Source: an uncultured virus (IMG/VR IMGVR_UViG_3300046003_003664) (lineage: Duplodnaviria > Heunggongvirae > Uroviricota > Caudoviricetes). Taken from it: a stretch of 64,000 nucleotides of DNA. Below are positions 18,906-28,504 of the stretch, one piece after another. The notes beneath the pieces were generated by a model that did no database searches, had not been told where the DNA came from, and was given only the letters and a program-made list of their open reading frames with translations. Within the stretch, counting starts at the first letter, position 1. The number at the start of each line of letters is the position of its first letter. The stretch lies in IMG/VR virus record IMGVR_UViG_3300046003_003664. The stretch is one strand, 5' to 3'. The translations under genes and the position numbers were made by a program.

Positions 18906-19472
18906 TTATTTTCTATTCTTCTCCTTCCAAATGCGGCGCGATACCGTCTTATACAAGTCTTCATAACCAGTCTCTACTGCATTATCAGATCCGCCTAATT
19001 TATGATGAAACAGAGCAGGGTTTCCTGTTTCTTTGCAGAACGAATCCATCTGTTGAAGTTCATCTGCTATTTCCATCAACACTTTACTACCATCAAAAAA
19101 CTCACCTTTCCAAGTAAGTTTTAGACCATAGCAGATGATATTTACATCATGGTAATCAACGAGATCGGATAAATCCCAGACTTGTTTTTTTGTGAGAAAT
19201 TGTGCTTCGTCTACTAAAATATAATCTATATTGCAATATTCTGATAGACTAGTCTTTTCATATATTTGACTGAGTATTGGATATTTATCATCTACCATTA
19301 TACATTCTGCTTCAAGACCAATACGACTTGATATAGTTGTTGTTCTATCATCGACTGCAGGTTTAATTAGCAATGTACGATAGCCCTTCTCCTTTAACAT
19401 AAAGTTTTTGGTGAGAAGGGCGAGTGTCTTGCCGGAGTTCATTGATGAAAAGATGAAGGTGAGTTTAGCCAT
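18906..19472 (-). CDS. tk: thymidine kinase
   Basis: SSMNSGKT P-loop, VDEAQF, YGL. Confidence 0.92.
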   Translation of the reverse strand: MAKLTFIFSSMNSGKTLALLTKNFMLKEKGYRTLLIKPAVDDRTTTISSRIGLEAECIMVDDKYPILSQIYEKTSLSEYCNIDYILVDEAQFLTKKQVWDLSDLVDYHDVNIICYGLKLTWKGEFFDGSKVLMEIADELQQMDSFCKETGNPALFHHKLGGSDNAVETGYEDLYKTVSRRIWKEKNRK

Positions 19473-20048
19473 TCAGTCTTTCCTCATCCAAATACCGGAT
19501 CCTGCTTCCGGCATGGAATACTCTCTGTCTTTCAATTTAAGGGCAGTATCCCATGCGAGCTTCATCATTTTCTTTTCATTCTCGTAATGCTTTGGATACA
19601 AAACGGCATCAACCATCTTCCTTGTATTTCTTGCAAAAAATTCTTCAAACTCTCTATCGTAGTTCATTTGCTAACCTTATGTTTAATAAATGTGATTGCA
19701 CCCATAATGTATGCTATCGGCATTACACCAGATATTAGTATTTTGTCTAGTAATGTATCTTTGTGATTTTTGTGACCCAAAAGGCTTATAACTCGACAAA
19801 CTCCTGCCGCGGCCCATACAAGATAAGCAAGAATAATCCACCAGAATATACTCATTTACGTTTCTCCTAAAAATACTGTTTCGACAAAAACGCGGCACTG
19901 CTCAAATACTGATGGCCCAAAAACAACTTTGCTCGGCTTGTTATCATTGCCTTTGTCAATAACAAACCAATTTAATGAATCGACTGAATTTATAATAGCA
20001 AGACCTACATCTTCACATAGATAACAAGTCTCAGATAACTTTGTAATT

Positions 20049-20564
20049 TCAAACATTCTTTTTCTCCCAAGTACCCATCAGACTAACAGCGTTAAGCATG
20101 TGTTTATGCAATAATCCATTATCTGCATCAGTCTGAACAAGCCGCCTCTTACCAAGGATTTCATTAAACCGATACCGATTATCATCGAACAGAACAAAAT
20201 CGTCTACATCAGTAGCGTATGTTTCGAGGTAATCTTTGACTTCATTACCTCGATCCCACTTTTTTACTGGCGCAAAATTATCAGGGTCTGTTTTCCAAGG
20301 ACTTGCAAACTCGCCCCGGAACCCAGAATTTGCAAATGCTGACCGAACCCAATGTTCCGTCATTTGATCATCATTCCGAAGTCCATTTTTCCAAGTCGAC
20401 ATGAGAACAAACTCAACTGGATATGTGTCATGGATCCAATTAAAAAATTGAACTGCTATGGGATCGAATTGACACCACATTCCATATTCGCCTTGATAGG
20501 TCTTATGCACTCTCTGTGATGTGAGGACTCCATCAATATCAAGGAAGCACAAATATTTTCTCAT
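20049..20564 (-). CDS. HAD-superfamily phosphatase (Swiss-army-knife RNA repair type)
   Basis: FLDIDGVL, STW, RGNE, FVLFDD, V.TD...GL. Confidence 0.8.
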   Translation of the reverse strand: MRKYLCFLDIDGVLTSQRVHKTYQGEYGMWCQFDPIAVQFFNWIHDTYPVEFVLMSTWKNGLRNDDQMTEHWVRSAFANSGFRGEFASPWKTDPDNFAPVKKWDRGNEVKDYLETYATDVDDFVLFDDNRYRFNEILGKRRLVQTDADNGLLHKHMLNAVSLMGTWEKKNV

Positions 20565-20580
20565 CTCAAATCCTTTTCAT

Positions 20581-20661
20581 TATAAATAGAAGTGTCAGTC
20601 GCGGATTGCCGTCCCACTGACTCTATGTTTGAACACTTTACAGGAAAGGAACACAGCCATG
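20581..20661 (+). promoter_or_regulatory. Late promoter plus conserved structured leader of homing endonuclease
   Basis: TATAAATA then GTCAGT-CGC-GGA-loop-TCC-C-ACTGAC hairpin; homolog at 57233-57308. Confidence 0.7.
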
Positions 20662-21594
20662 ACAAATGGTATTTATATCCCTTATTTCTACATCATTCAA
20701 GAAGTTTCTACTGGTATGTATTACGCTGGTGCTAAATGGGCACAAGGATGTCATCCAGGTCAGCTTTTGAAAGAAGGCGGATACGAGACTTCATCGGAAA
20801 CCATCAAAAAACTTATTAGAAAACATGGATTTGAAAATTTTATCATCCGAAAAATAAGAACATTTGAAACAGCAGAAAAAGCTCAAAACTATGAAACTAG
20901 GTTTTTAGTAAAAGTAGATGCAAGGAACCATCCAAAATTTTATAATGGTCATAATAATGATCATCTGATTAGTTTCAATACAAAAAGATATGAAGATATG
21001 ATGCTAAGTTATTACGGCGTAACTCATCCTATTTATTCCGAAGAAATACAAATGAGAAAGAAGAATACGGTGTTGCAAAGATATGGTGTTGATCATTATT
21101 CAAAAACAGAAGAATACAGAGATAAATTTTTAGAAACTTCTCTAGATAGATACGGTGTTCAACATCCAATGCAAAACGATATGATTAAGGATCGTATGTT
21201 TATATCTAAGTTAGAAAAGTATGGCAACCCCGTTTTTGTAAATCATGAAAAGTCAAAATTGACAAAACTGGAGAAATATGGCAGTCCTACCTATAATAAT
21301 ACCGAAAAGTCAAAGAAAACAAAATTAGAAAAGTATGGTAACTCTTCGTATGTAAACAAGGAAAAAGCAGAAAAAACTAACATAGAAAAATATGGAGCAG
21401 ATAATCCATTTAAATCGCCTGAGATAATAGAAAAAATTTCAGATCACAGAAATAAAATGCTTTTAAGAAAGAACGTTGAAGAACTGAAAACATTGTCCAA
21501 AAAATACAAAATCAGTCTTGGCAGAAATTGGAATAGAAGAAATGATGAATGGATAGACAATAAAATAGAATCAATAAAGAATGAATATGAATAG
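20659..21594 (+). CDS. putative homing endonuclease (GIY-YIG-like N-terminus plus KT.LEKYG repeats)
   Basis: PYFYIIQ...YYAG N-terminus, tandem EKYG repeats, antisense to neighbours, AAGGA RBS before ATG 20659. Confidence 0.75.
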   Translation: MTNGIYIPYFYIIQEVSTGMYYAGAKWAQGCHPGQLLKEGGYETSSETIKKLIRKHGFENFIIRKIRTFETAEKAQNYETRFLVKVDARNHPKFYNGHNNDHLISFNTKRYEDMMLSYYGVTHPIYSEEIQMRKKNTVLQRYGVDHYSKTEEYRDKFLETSLDRYGVQHPMQNDMIKDRMFISKLEKYGNPVFVNHEKSKLTKLEKYGSPTYNNTEKSKKTKLEKYGNSSYVNKEKAEKTNIEKYGADNPFKSPEIIEKISDHRNKMLLRKNVEELKTLSKKYKISLGRNWNRRNDEWIDNKIESIKNEYE

Positions 21595-21599
21595 ATTTC

Positions 21600-21679
21600 A
21601 TTGCATTGTGTGCATAGTGAACCCGATTCGACGTAAATACACCGTCGATGTCAAGAAAGATTAGATATTTCCGTTGCAT
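21600..21679 (-). pseudogene. Orphaned 5' fragment of the HAD gene
   Basis: Encodes MQRKYLIFLDIDGVFTSNRVH, vs MRKYLCFLDIDGVLTSQRVH at 20564. Confidence 0.7.
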
Positions 21680-21873
21680 TGCATATACTCTCTAATTTCT
21701 TTACGATGTTCTTTTGTTTGAATATCTTCACGCATATCAATACAGATACAGCACCAGCAATTATCGGACTTGCTTTTCTTACCTTTCATATTAATATTTG
21801 CAGCAGCTGCGTGAAAAGGGCCTTTATTATGTTTGCGATTACGACCTCTGCCGTAAACCGGTGATTTTGCCAT
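21661..21873 (-). CDS. small basic Cys-rich hypothetical protein
   Basis: GGAGG RBS. Confidence 0.55.
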   Translation of the reverse strand: MAKSPVYGRGRNRKHNKGPFHAAAANINMKGKKSKSDNCWCCICIDMREDIQTKEHRKEIREYMQCNGNI

Positions 21874-22168
21874 TTATTCCTCCTAGGTTAAGCCTAGAAG
21901 TCTTCATAAAACTTTCTGTAACGGATCATGTAAGTTCCTTTGTTCATAGTTCTGGATTTTTCATCCAATGTGTAAACGGTCCGATAACTGCTTTCGTGTT
22001 TGGACATGTCCAGTATCCGCCATCTTGATTATACTTGCCGGGTTTTGTATCGACCCATTTTGTAGTTCTAGACAAAACCGTATCATTTATCTTAACTATA
22101 CCAAGAATATAAGTTCCATCCTTTGGTGCAGTCTCAATTGGTTGAATATTATATTGCATTTTATTTCC

Positions 22169-22726
22169 TCAATTATAAAAGATGTGCGAGTCAATTCGCG
22201 CAGTTTCAGTATAGCTGGAAACCCAGAATGGTTCCACGTAGTTGGCATGATACATGATCGCGCCATTGGTAGGATCAATCTCATCCCCGTATGCGGCAAA
22301 AACCTCTTCCGCGATCTTTGCGGAAACATTCCATGCTGCCTGATCTGTAATATCATCAGACTTCCCGTCACAGAACCAGCTAAACTGGCACTTGTTCTTC
22401 AACGGGATACCGTTATCATTCAATTCTGCCTGATAAACTACATCACAGATAGTGTCAGGATATTTTTCACTTTTGGTGCGATTCATTGTTGCCCAAGCAA
22501 CGGCACGTTGACCTGTCATACCGTCATTACGAGCTTCGTGGTAGATATTTTTTGCAAGACAATCAACTTGTTTTGCATTTCTAAGATGCATAGAAACTTC
22601 AGCTATAATTAACTGAGTTTGATTAGCGCTAAATATGTCTTCGGAAACTTTTGTGTAATACATAGAACTCGCAGTTGCAATAGCTGCAATATTAACACCG
22701 ATCATGATCTTCGTGATGATTTTCAT
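22169..22726 (-). CDS. cell wall hydrolase, SleB/Hydrolase_2 family
   Basis: CLAKNIYHEAR, V..NR, CQFSW, DPTNGA.MYHA, HIFY. Confidence 0.9.
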   Translation of the reverse strand: MKIITKIMIGVNIAAIATASSMYYTKVSEDIFSANQTQLIIAEVSMHLRNAKQVDCLAKNIYHEARNDGMTGQRAVAWATMNRTKSEKYPDTICDVVYQAELNDNGIPLKNKCQFSWFCDGKSDDITDQAAWNVSAKIAEEVFAAYGDEIDPTNGAIMYHANYVEPFWVSSYTETARIDSHIFYN

Positions 22727-22794
22727 TTCTGCTCTCTTGTTTACCTTATAGAATCAGTATAAACTAACTGCAAGTAAATGTCAACAATTTTCTT

Positions 22795-23298
22795 TTATTT
22801 TAGTATTTTAATATCACTTTTTGATATTCGGGTACCTTTAGAGACTAACACTTCTTTTTCTTTCGATGCACTGTCTAAGTTTGTTTCATCATACCCAAGC
22901 ATCATCATTTGTTGTATTCCCATGAAAAGAACAAATGAATCTATATCTATAATTTGGCTTGATTGTGCTATGACTTTACCTATCAAGATCTTTTTCTTTT
23001 CTATATTTGTTCTTCCAAGAGAAAAACTTTCATCTGTAACAAATTTAGTTGCTATCTTTTCATCTTTAGACCAAGATGTGTGCTTATCTAGTAACATAGA
23101 ACCAGATTTTTCTATCTTTTCTAGTGCTACATCGTCAATATACATACCTCTGTATAGTTTTTGTCTGTATGATCTAAATGGGGCTGGAATCTTATTTCTG
23201 TTTATAAAGAGAAAATTTGCATTCGATTGATCATTTTTAAATAACCAATCATCTAAATTCTTTCTAAAATTTTCCGTTCCAATTACGTAATCAACCAT
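22795..23298 (-). CDS. putative ADP-ribosyltransferase-fold protein
   Basis: LYRG / TSWS / EKEVLV resembles the R-S-E triad. Confidence 0.45.
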   Translation of the reverse strand: MVDYVIGTENFRKNLDDWLFKNDQSNANFLFINRNKIPAPFRSYRQKLYRGMYIDDVALEKIEKSGSMLLDKHTSWSKDEKIATKFVTDESFSLGRTNIEKKKILIGKVIAQSSQIIDIDSFVLFMGIQQMMMLGYDETNLDSASKEKEVLVSKGTRISKSDIKILK

Positions 23299-23711
23299 TC
23301 ATTTTCAACCAATTTAAAGTTCTTTTTGCCCATGCACTGGTTTTATAACCTTGGCCCCATGCACGTGTACAATCAGGCCACGTGATATACCAAAGACCAT
23401 TTGTATCTTGTTCAATGTAGCACACACTATACATCATTTTTCATTAACCTCGTGTAGGGGTGATCTTTGTAACTTTCAGTCAATTTATGTCTTGCAAGAT
23501 CACGTTTCCATTCATCTAGTTCTACCCATTCCAAAATTCTATTCATTGTAAAATAAACAATCTCTTTTGCCATATATTGAAATGTACGATTCTTAAGTAT
23601 TACATAAGCTTCATTTTTTCTATATGCAATTACATCTGCTTCTGCCTGACCATCAAAAGGTGCATTATCATAAATTTCTTTTGAGCCGTAAATAAGAACT
23701 TTGACCATTTT

Positions 23712-24152
23712 TTACTCTAGTACATAGACAAAAGGTTTGGTATCAATAAGAGTATTCTCAATGATAGCGGAAATAACATTCCAATCTCCGTTGGCAAGAC
23801 CTGCACCGATTTTTGGCATTGCAATCTCTTTAATACCCCATTGATTAATTTTACGGAATACTTCTGCAATTGCCCAATATGAAACATAAACACGTGATGG
23901 ATCACGTCCATAATCTTTCTGGGTAATTGCATTGTGAATTACATTTCCATCTTCCTGAACAGATACGACGATTGCACCAAGTTCAAGACCATAACTATTA
24001 TACGAGTCATTGTAGTCTTGAAATGCAGATGGATATTTATCTCGAAGTACATAAGCAACACCAGACCTCATCACACCATGACTATTACAACCATGAATAA
24101 TATGCTTGATATTTGTTTCAAGCAGGTCACCTTTTATATATTCAATCTGCAT
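23712..24152 (-). CDS. macro-domain protein (T4 tk.4-like)
   Basis: KGDLL, HGCN..GVM.SGVA, MPKIGAGLANGDW. Confidence 0.88.
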   Translation of the reverse strand: MQIEYIKGDLLETNIKHIIHGCNSHGVMRSGVAYVLRDKYPSAFQDYNDSYNSYGLELGAIVVSVQEDGNVIHNAITQKDYGRDPSRVYVSYWAIAEVFRKINQWGIKEIAMPKIGAGLANGDWNVISAIIENTLIDTKPFVYVLE

Positions 24153-25163
24153 TTATCTCGCTTTCAATAATATATCTGAGAATTGCTTATAACAATTCTC
24201 CCACGTCCATTTCTTAGAACTAATATAAACCGATTCTCTATTTAAGTCAAGGCATTTTTGTACCGCTTCAGATAAATCATCTGATAAGTAACCATTCACA
24301 CCCTCTTCTATGATATCTTTAGGGCCTGTAACTGGATATGCAGCAACAGGAGTACCGCAGGCAAGTGCTTCAATATTTACAACTCCGAATGTGTCAGTTT
24401 TTGAAGGAAACACAAACACGGTCGCTTTTCGATAATAGTCACCAAGTTCTTTCCCGGTCTTTTTACCAGCACAAAGAACATCTGGATACTTCTTTTTCAG
24501 TGTTTGTAGATAAGGACCATCACCTACTAGTATTTTCTGAGCATTTGGTATTTTTATAGAACAAAAATCATCAAGACCTTTTTCTGGACTTACTCGACTG
24601 ACACACAGCAATGTAATATTTCTATTTTTATCTTGTTCTTCTGGATAAAAAATTGATCGGTCAACACCACGAGTCCATGACTGAATATCTTGAGTAAAAC
24701 CTTTATCTTTTAGCTCTTGAACCATACTATCTGTAGTTGTCAAAATAGTTGTTGTCCCATTATATACATGCTTCATCCATTTCCAACCAAGTTCTACTGA
24801 AATGAAGTTCCATTTTGCATTAATAAATTCTGGAAATTTTGTATGACACGATGTGGAGAATGGTATTTTTAATCTACGGCAAGTTCGTGAAAATGCAATA
24901 CCAAGAGTACCTTCTGGTGTTGCAATATGTATGTGATCCCACTTTTGTTTCTTTAATAATTTTCTGATTTGAAACGGATTTGGAATTCCAATTTCAATCT
25001 CTGGATAAAACCAAAGTGAAAATCTAATCTTGCATCTTTTTGGGTGATATACATAAACAATATCTCCATGCTCCCGAGCTTGTTTAACTAGATTAGAAAG
25101 TGTAGTCACAACACCATTTACTTGTGGATGCCAAGCATCAGTAATCAGAAGTATCTTCGACAT
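24153..25163 (-). CDS. GT4 glycosyltransferase (Agt-like glycolipid synthase)
   Basis: TDAWHPQVNGVV, HIATPEG, FVFPSKTDTFG..NIEALACGTPV. Confidence 0.88.
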   Translation of the reverse strand: MSKILLITDAWHPQVNGVVTTLSNLVKQAREHGDIVYVYHPKRCKIRFSLWFYPEIEIGIPNPFQIRKLLKKQKWDHIHIATPEGTLGIAFSRTCRRLKIPFSTSCHTKFPEFINAKWNFISVELGWKWMKHVYNGTTTILTTTDSMVQELKDKGFTQDIQSWTRGVDRSIFYPEEQDKNRNITLLCVSRVSPEKGLDDFCSIKIPNAQKILVGDGPYLQTLKKKYPDVLCAGKKTGKELGDYYRKATVFVFPSKTDTFGVVNIEALACGTPVAAYPVTGPKDIIEEGVNGYLSDDLSEAVQKCLDLNRESVYISSKKWTWENCYKQFSDILLKAR

Positions 25164-25902
25164 TTTTATTATACCTATATTCTATTATTTCAAACCTGCC
25201 ATCCATGTGTTCTACCAAGGCAGTTCCGGATTCAACCCAATCACCGCAATTCATATATTGAATTTCATCAATAGTTTTAATCTTTGCTACGTGAATATGC
25301 CCACATATAACACCATCATAACCTTCTTCTTTGCAATACTGAGATACACGATTTTCAAAATTGTTAATAAAATTTAATGCTTCTTTGGTGTTTTGTTTTA
25401 GCCATTTACTTAAGCTCCAATATTCTAGGTTCAATAAATTTCGTATTTTATTGAAATGTATGTTAAACCAGATCATAAAGTTATATGCAACATCTCCAAT
25501 ATGCATTAACCATTTGTGATTTACCATTAATGTATCAAAGAAGTCTCCGTGTATTACAAGATATCTTTTGCCATTAATCCCAGTATAATCTATTCTATCT
25601 AGAAGCTTGATATTACCTACTTCAATATCAAATTGTAAAAACTTTCGAAGAGCTTCATCGTGGTTTCCTAGAATATAATAGACATTTGTTCCACGTTTTG
25701 CAGCAGTTAAAATTCGTCTTATCACATTAGCATGACTTTGAGGAAAATACCATCGTTTTTGAAGTTGCCAACCATCTATAACATCACCAACAAGATATAA
25801 ATTTTTACATGTATTAGTTTTCAAAAAAGAGCAGAGAGCATCTGCTTGACACCCTCTGCTCCCTAAATGTATATCAGATATAAAAATACTCTTATAATGC
25901 AT
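25138..25902 (-). CDS. metallophosphoesterase, LpxH2/PlcP family
   Basis: ISDIHLG, GDVIDGW, GNHD, HGD, CGHIH, NCGDWVES. Confidence 0.85.
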   Translation of the reverse strand: MHYKSIFISDIHLGSRGCQADALCSFLKTNTCKNLYLVGDVIDGWQLQKRWYFPQSHANVIRRILTAAKRGTNVYYILGNHDEALRKFLQFDIEVGNIKLLDRIDYTGINGKRYLVIHGDFFDTLMVNHKWLMHIGDVAYNFMIWFNIHFNKIRNLLNLEYWSLSKWLKQNTKEALNFINNFENRVSQYCKEEGYDGVICGHIHVAKIKTIDEIQYMNCGDWVESGTALVEHMDGRFEIIEYRYNKNVEDTSDY

Positions 25903-25923
25903 GATAGAACCTTTGTAATGTAC

Positions 25924-26367
25924 TCACGGACTATTTATCGAGACCGTTTCTACAAAGACTCCATCTTTTATTTTCAGTGTTTTCCGAGTAAACGAATCTC
26001 GATCAATAAATGCTACTCTGAAATAGTCCCGACCACCGTCAATAGAAACACCATTACCGACACCACGAAAATCGTGTCTGTGTTGACTATAATGAAGTTC
26101 ATCATTTACTTCGACCATGTCAAAGTTAAGATCTTCAATTCGGTCTGCATTGGTAATCATAAGTCTACCCTGCGAATCATTATACAATCCAAAATACCGA
26201 TTGCCGAACTCTGGGTGTGGTGTCTCACGGAAAAAGATATCTGCGGCCGAAGCACCATAGTTTGAAGTAGAAGATGTACAAACATACTTGACTTCAACAC
26301 CATCCTTTTCGGAATATAGTTGAGCAGCTTTTTGTACATCAAGATATGGGTTGTGTTTAATGTTCAT
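25924..26367 (-). CDS. hypothetical protein
   Basis: YS.HRHDF...IDGGRDY; 147 aa. Confidence 0.65.
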   Translation of the reverse strand: MNIKHNPYLDVQKAAQLYSEKDGVEVKYVCTSSTSNYGASAADIFFRETPHPEFGNRYFGLYNDSQGRLMITNADRIEDLNFDMVEVNDELHYSQHRHDFRGVGNGVSIDGGRDYFRVAFIDRDSFTRKTLKIKDGVFVETVSINSP

Positions 26368-27182
26368 TTAATTCACCTGAGGGATTACAAGACCACGAAT
26401 AGTTGCTTCTCTGAGCAAAACACAAAGAACAATAGCAACATTTGCGGCAAAATGATTGATTTCATGATTCTTCATAAAATCGCGAAGCATATCATCGTCA
26501 CCTTCAAAGCGACGGTCAAGTGGAAGTCCTTGTCTGTCAAATGCGGTAACAAGAGCAATAATGTCTTGATCTGCAAGTTCTTTGGTATTGATAGGTCTCA
26601 TTTGTGGGATCCTTTTCTACTTTATAGAATCAGTATATACTATAAGAAGGAAAATGTCAACCCATTTCGTACCAATAACCAACCATGTTCCAAGTTGAAG
26701 CAGTATTTGCTGTCATTTGAACATGTGCTTTGTCTTCAGTTTGCTCTATAATATAGGGGTTTATTCCTTCTTCATGGCAAAGTGCTTTATAAGAGTCGAG
26801 ATTTTTGAGAAGTATCCAACATATCATTAGTTTACCAATGTCCTTTTTGTTTTTCCAGTATGTGGTGGATTGTGTTTCCGGTTTGAATCGCCAAAGTCTA
26901 CAACTTCATAGTTACCATTTTTGATGGATTCGTTCATTTTTAAAAGTTCATTGACAATATCAATGATCGGTGTGTCTATAAATGACTCGCCAGGAGAGAA
27001 TTGAAAATTGGTTAAACCCGAACCTTCGTGCTTCATCTTTTCCATGTAAACATATCGAACAAGCTCATACTTAGCATTACGTGCACGCAAGTATTTGTTT
27101 TCGTCCTCGGTGAGTTGTTCACCACTAAATGCTTTCATAATCAATTCAAATGCTTTATCTATCATGATATACCTTTTAATTT

Positions 27183-27264
27183 TGGAGGCGCCTCTCGGAG
27201 TCGAACCGAGTACTTTCGTGCTTCGGATTTGCAATCCGACCCATTACCGTCCTGGCCAGGCGCC
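27183..27264 (-). tRNA. tRNA-Cys(GCA), extended variable arm
   Basis: Loop TTGCAAA, U73, 82 nt. Confidence 0.88.
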
Positions 27265-27476
27265 ATTATTTACTATTTATTAATCATTGAAATCTAAACG
27301 TAGTGTATAGATCTTTCTTTTCCTTTGATAACCACCAGTAGTCGCAAGAACACAGTTCTCTGGTATTTCCGCCGTCTTCTCTTACAAGAACATATGAACA
27401 TCCAGCTGGCATGTATTCTATTGGTTGCCATTCCCATGAAGAAAAATATTTAATATCCAATTTTCGCCTTTATAGT

Positions 27477-27548
27477 TGGTAGCGTCTGTCGGAGTTGAAC
27501 CGACCCTAGATCCTTATGAGAGACCCGTCTAAACCACTTAGAGACGCC
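27477..27548 (-). tRNA. tRNA-Met(CAU), elongator-like
   Basis: GGCGTCT/AGACGCT-A-CCA, loop CTCATAA, atypical D-arm. Confidence 0.78.
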
Positions 27549-27657
27549 ATGATCATTAACTTAATGCTGCACTAGGGTTCTTATTGAGAACATTCCAGCG
27601 CAAGGTTTTATCGTTTTCGGGAGCAACCCCTATACGCCTAGTGCATCATAAAGTTAA

Positions 27658-27745
27658 TGGAGATCCAGAAGGGAATTGAACCCTTATAACCTTTCGGTAG
27701 TGACTTAAAAGGACACCGCTCTTGACCAATGAGAGCACCTGGACC
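27658..27745 (-). tRNA. tRNA-Lys(UUU), long variable arm
   Basis: Loop CTTTTAA; extra ACCGAAAGGT arm; U73. Confidence 0.78.
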
Positions 27746-27753
27746 GTATAGTT

Positions 27754-27839
27754 TGGTGAACCGCCTGGGAATTGAACCCAGATAGCTTTCGCGACAGGTT
27801 AAGAGCCTGTTCCTATTGACCAATGATAGGACGCGGTCC
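27754..27839 (-). tRNA. tRNA-Lys(CUU), long variable arm
   Basis: ACAGG-CTCTTAA-CCTGT; extra GCGAAAGC arm. Confidence 0.82.
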
Positions 27840-27847
27840 GTAAATTT

Positions 27848-27924
27848 TGGTAGCGCATACGGGTTTCGAACCCGTTTCTCCGCCTTGAAAGGGCGGCGAC
27901 CTTCGCCAAGAAGTCCAATGCGCC
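27848..27924 (-). tRNA. tRNA-Glu(UUC)
   Basis: CCGCC-CTTTCAA-GGCGG. Confidence 0.92.
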
Positions 27925-28031
27925 ATTATTCAGAAGATACACTGTTCCTTACCCCTATGAAGTTATCGTCGGACAACAGATACGCATACCTACTTTTCTA
28001 TGATGGATTAACCAGTGTATCATCAGAATAA

Positions 28032-28107
28032 TGGTGCAGCCCCGCGGGATCGAACCGCATCCTCTAGTTTTTCAGACTAGCGTACACACCAGTTATACCA
28101 GGGCTAC
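28032..28107 (-). tRNA. tRNA-Phe(GAA)
   Basis: Loop CTGAAAA. Confidence 0.9.
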
Positions 28108-28111
28108 ATTT

Positions 28112-28195
28112 TGGTGGGTCGGGCAGGAATCGAACCTGCCGTGGGTTTCCCCGACGGATTTACAATCCGCTGCCACACCTTGTGGCATCCGACCC
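28112..28195 (-). tRNA. tRNA-Tyr(GUA)
   Basis: Class II, loop TTGTAAA. Confidence 0.9.
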
Positions 28196-28200
28196 ATATT

Positions 28201-28274
28201 TGGTGTTCCTACGAGGTAACGATCCTCGGTCTCTCGCTTATCAGGCGAATGCTCTACCATTGAGCTATAGGAAC
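28201..28274 (-). tRNA. tRNA-Ile(GAU)
   Basis: Loop CTGATAA. Confidence 0.9.
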
Positions 28275-28294
28275 CTAAATTGTCAAAGAGCAAT

Positions 28295-28328
28295 AAAAAA
28301 CCCTCCGAGGATTTTTCCAGGAGGGTTC
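28295..28328 (-). terminator. Intrinsic terminator / attenuator of tRNA cluster 2
   Basis: GAACCCTCC...GGAGGGTT-TTTT directly upstream of boxA and tRNA-Ile. Confidence 0.85.
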
Positions 28329-28357
28329 TAAAACTATATACTTATTTGCATAAGATA

Positions 28358-28417
28358 TCAGTCTCGGGAACCCTCCCAAGTCATATATTCCTCAAATTTG
28401 CAAATAAAGTAAGTCAT
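28358..28417 (-). CDS. Putative attenuator leader peptide 2 (MTYFICKFEEYMTWEGSRD)
   Basis: GAGG RBS; codons 3-12 use only cluster-2 amino acids; GGAGGGTTC complementary to the terminator 5' arm. Confidence 0.75.
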   Translation of the reverse strand: MTYFICKFEEYMTWEGSRD

Positions 28418-28443
28418 TTTAGTCCTCTGTTTTGTTTTAATCT

Positions 28444-28493
28444 GGATGAGCTTGGTTTTGTATATCAAACAATTTTAGTTGCTGTATTCATCC
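28444..28493 (-). ncRNA. CAGCAA bulged-stem element (no tRNA module)
   Basis: GGATGA-ATACAGCAA...TCATCC, covarying with GGATCA/TGATCC of the permuted RNAs. Confidence 0.55.
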
Positions 28494-28504
28494 ATTATTT
28501 GGTT

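Noticed and set aside
26827..27234. 135 aa ORF as listed
   Set aside because: Its N-terminal part runs through tRNA-Cys; a real gene would start at the ATG near 27167.
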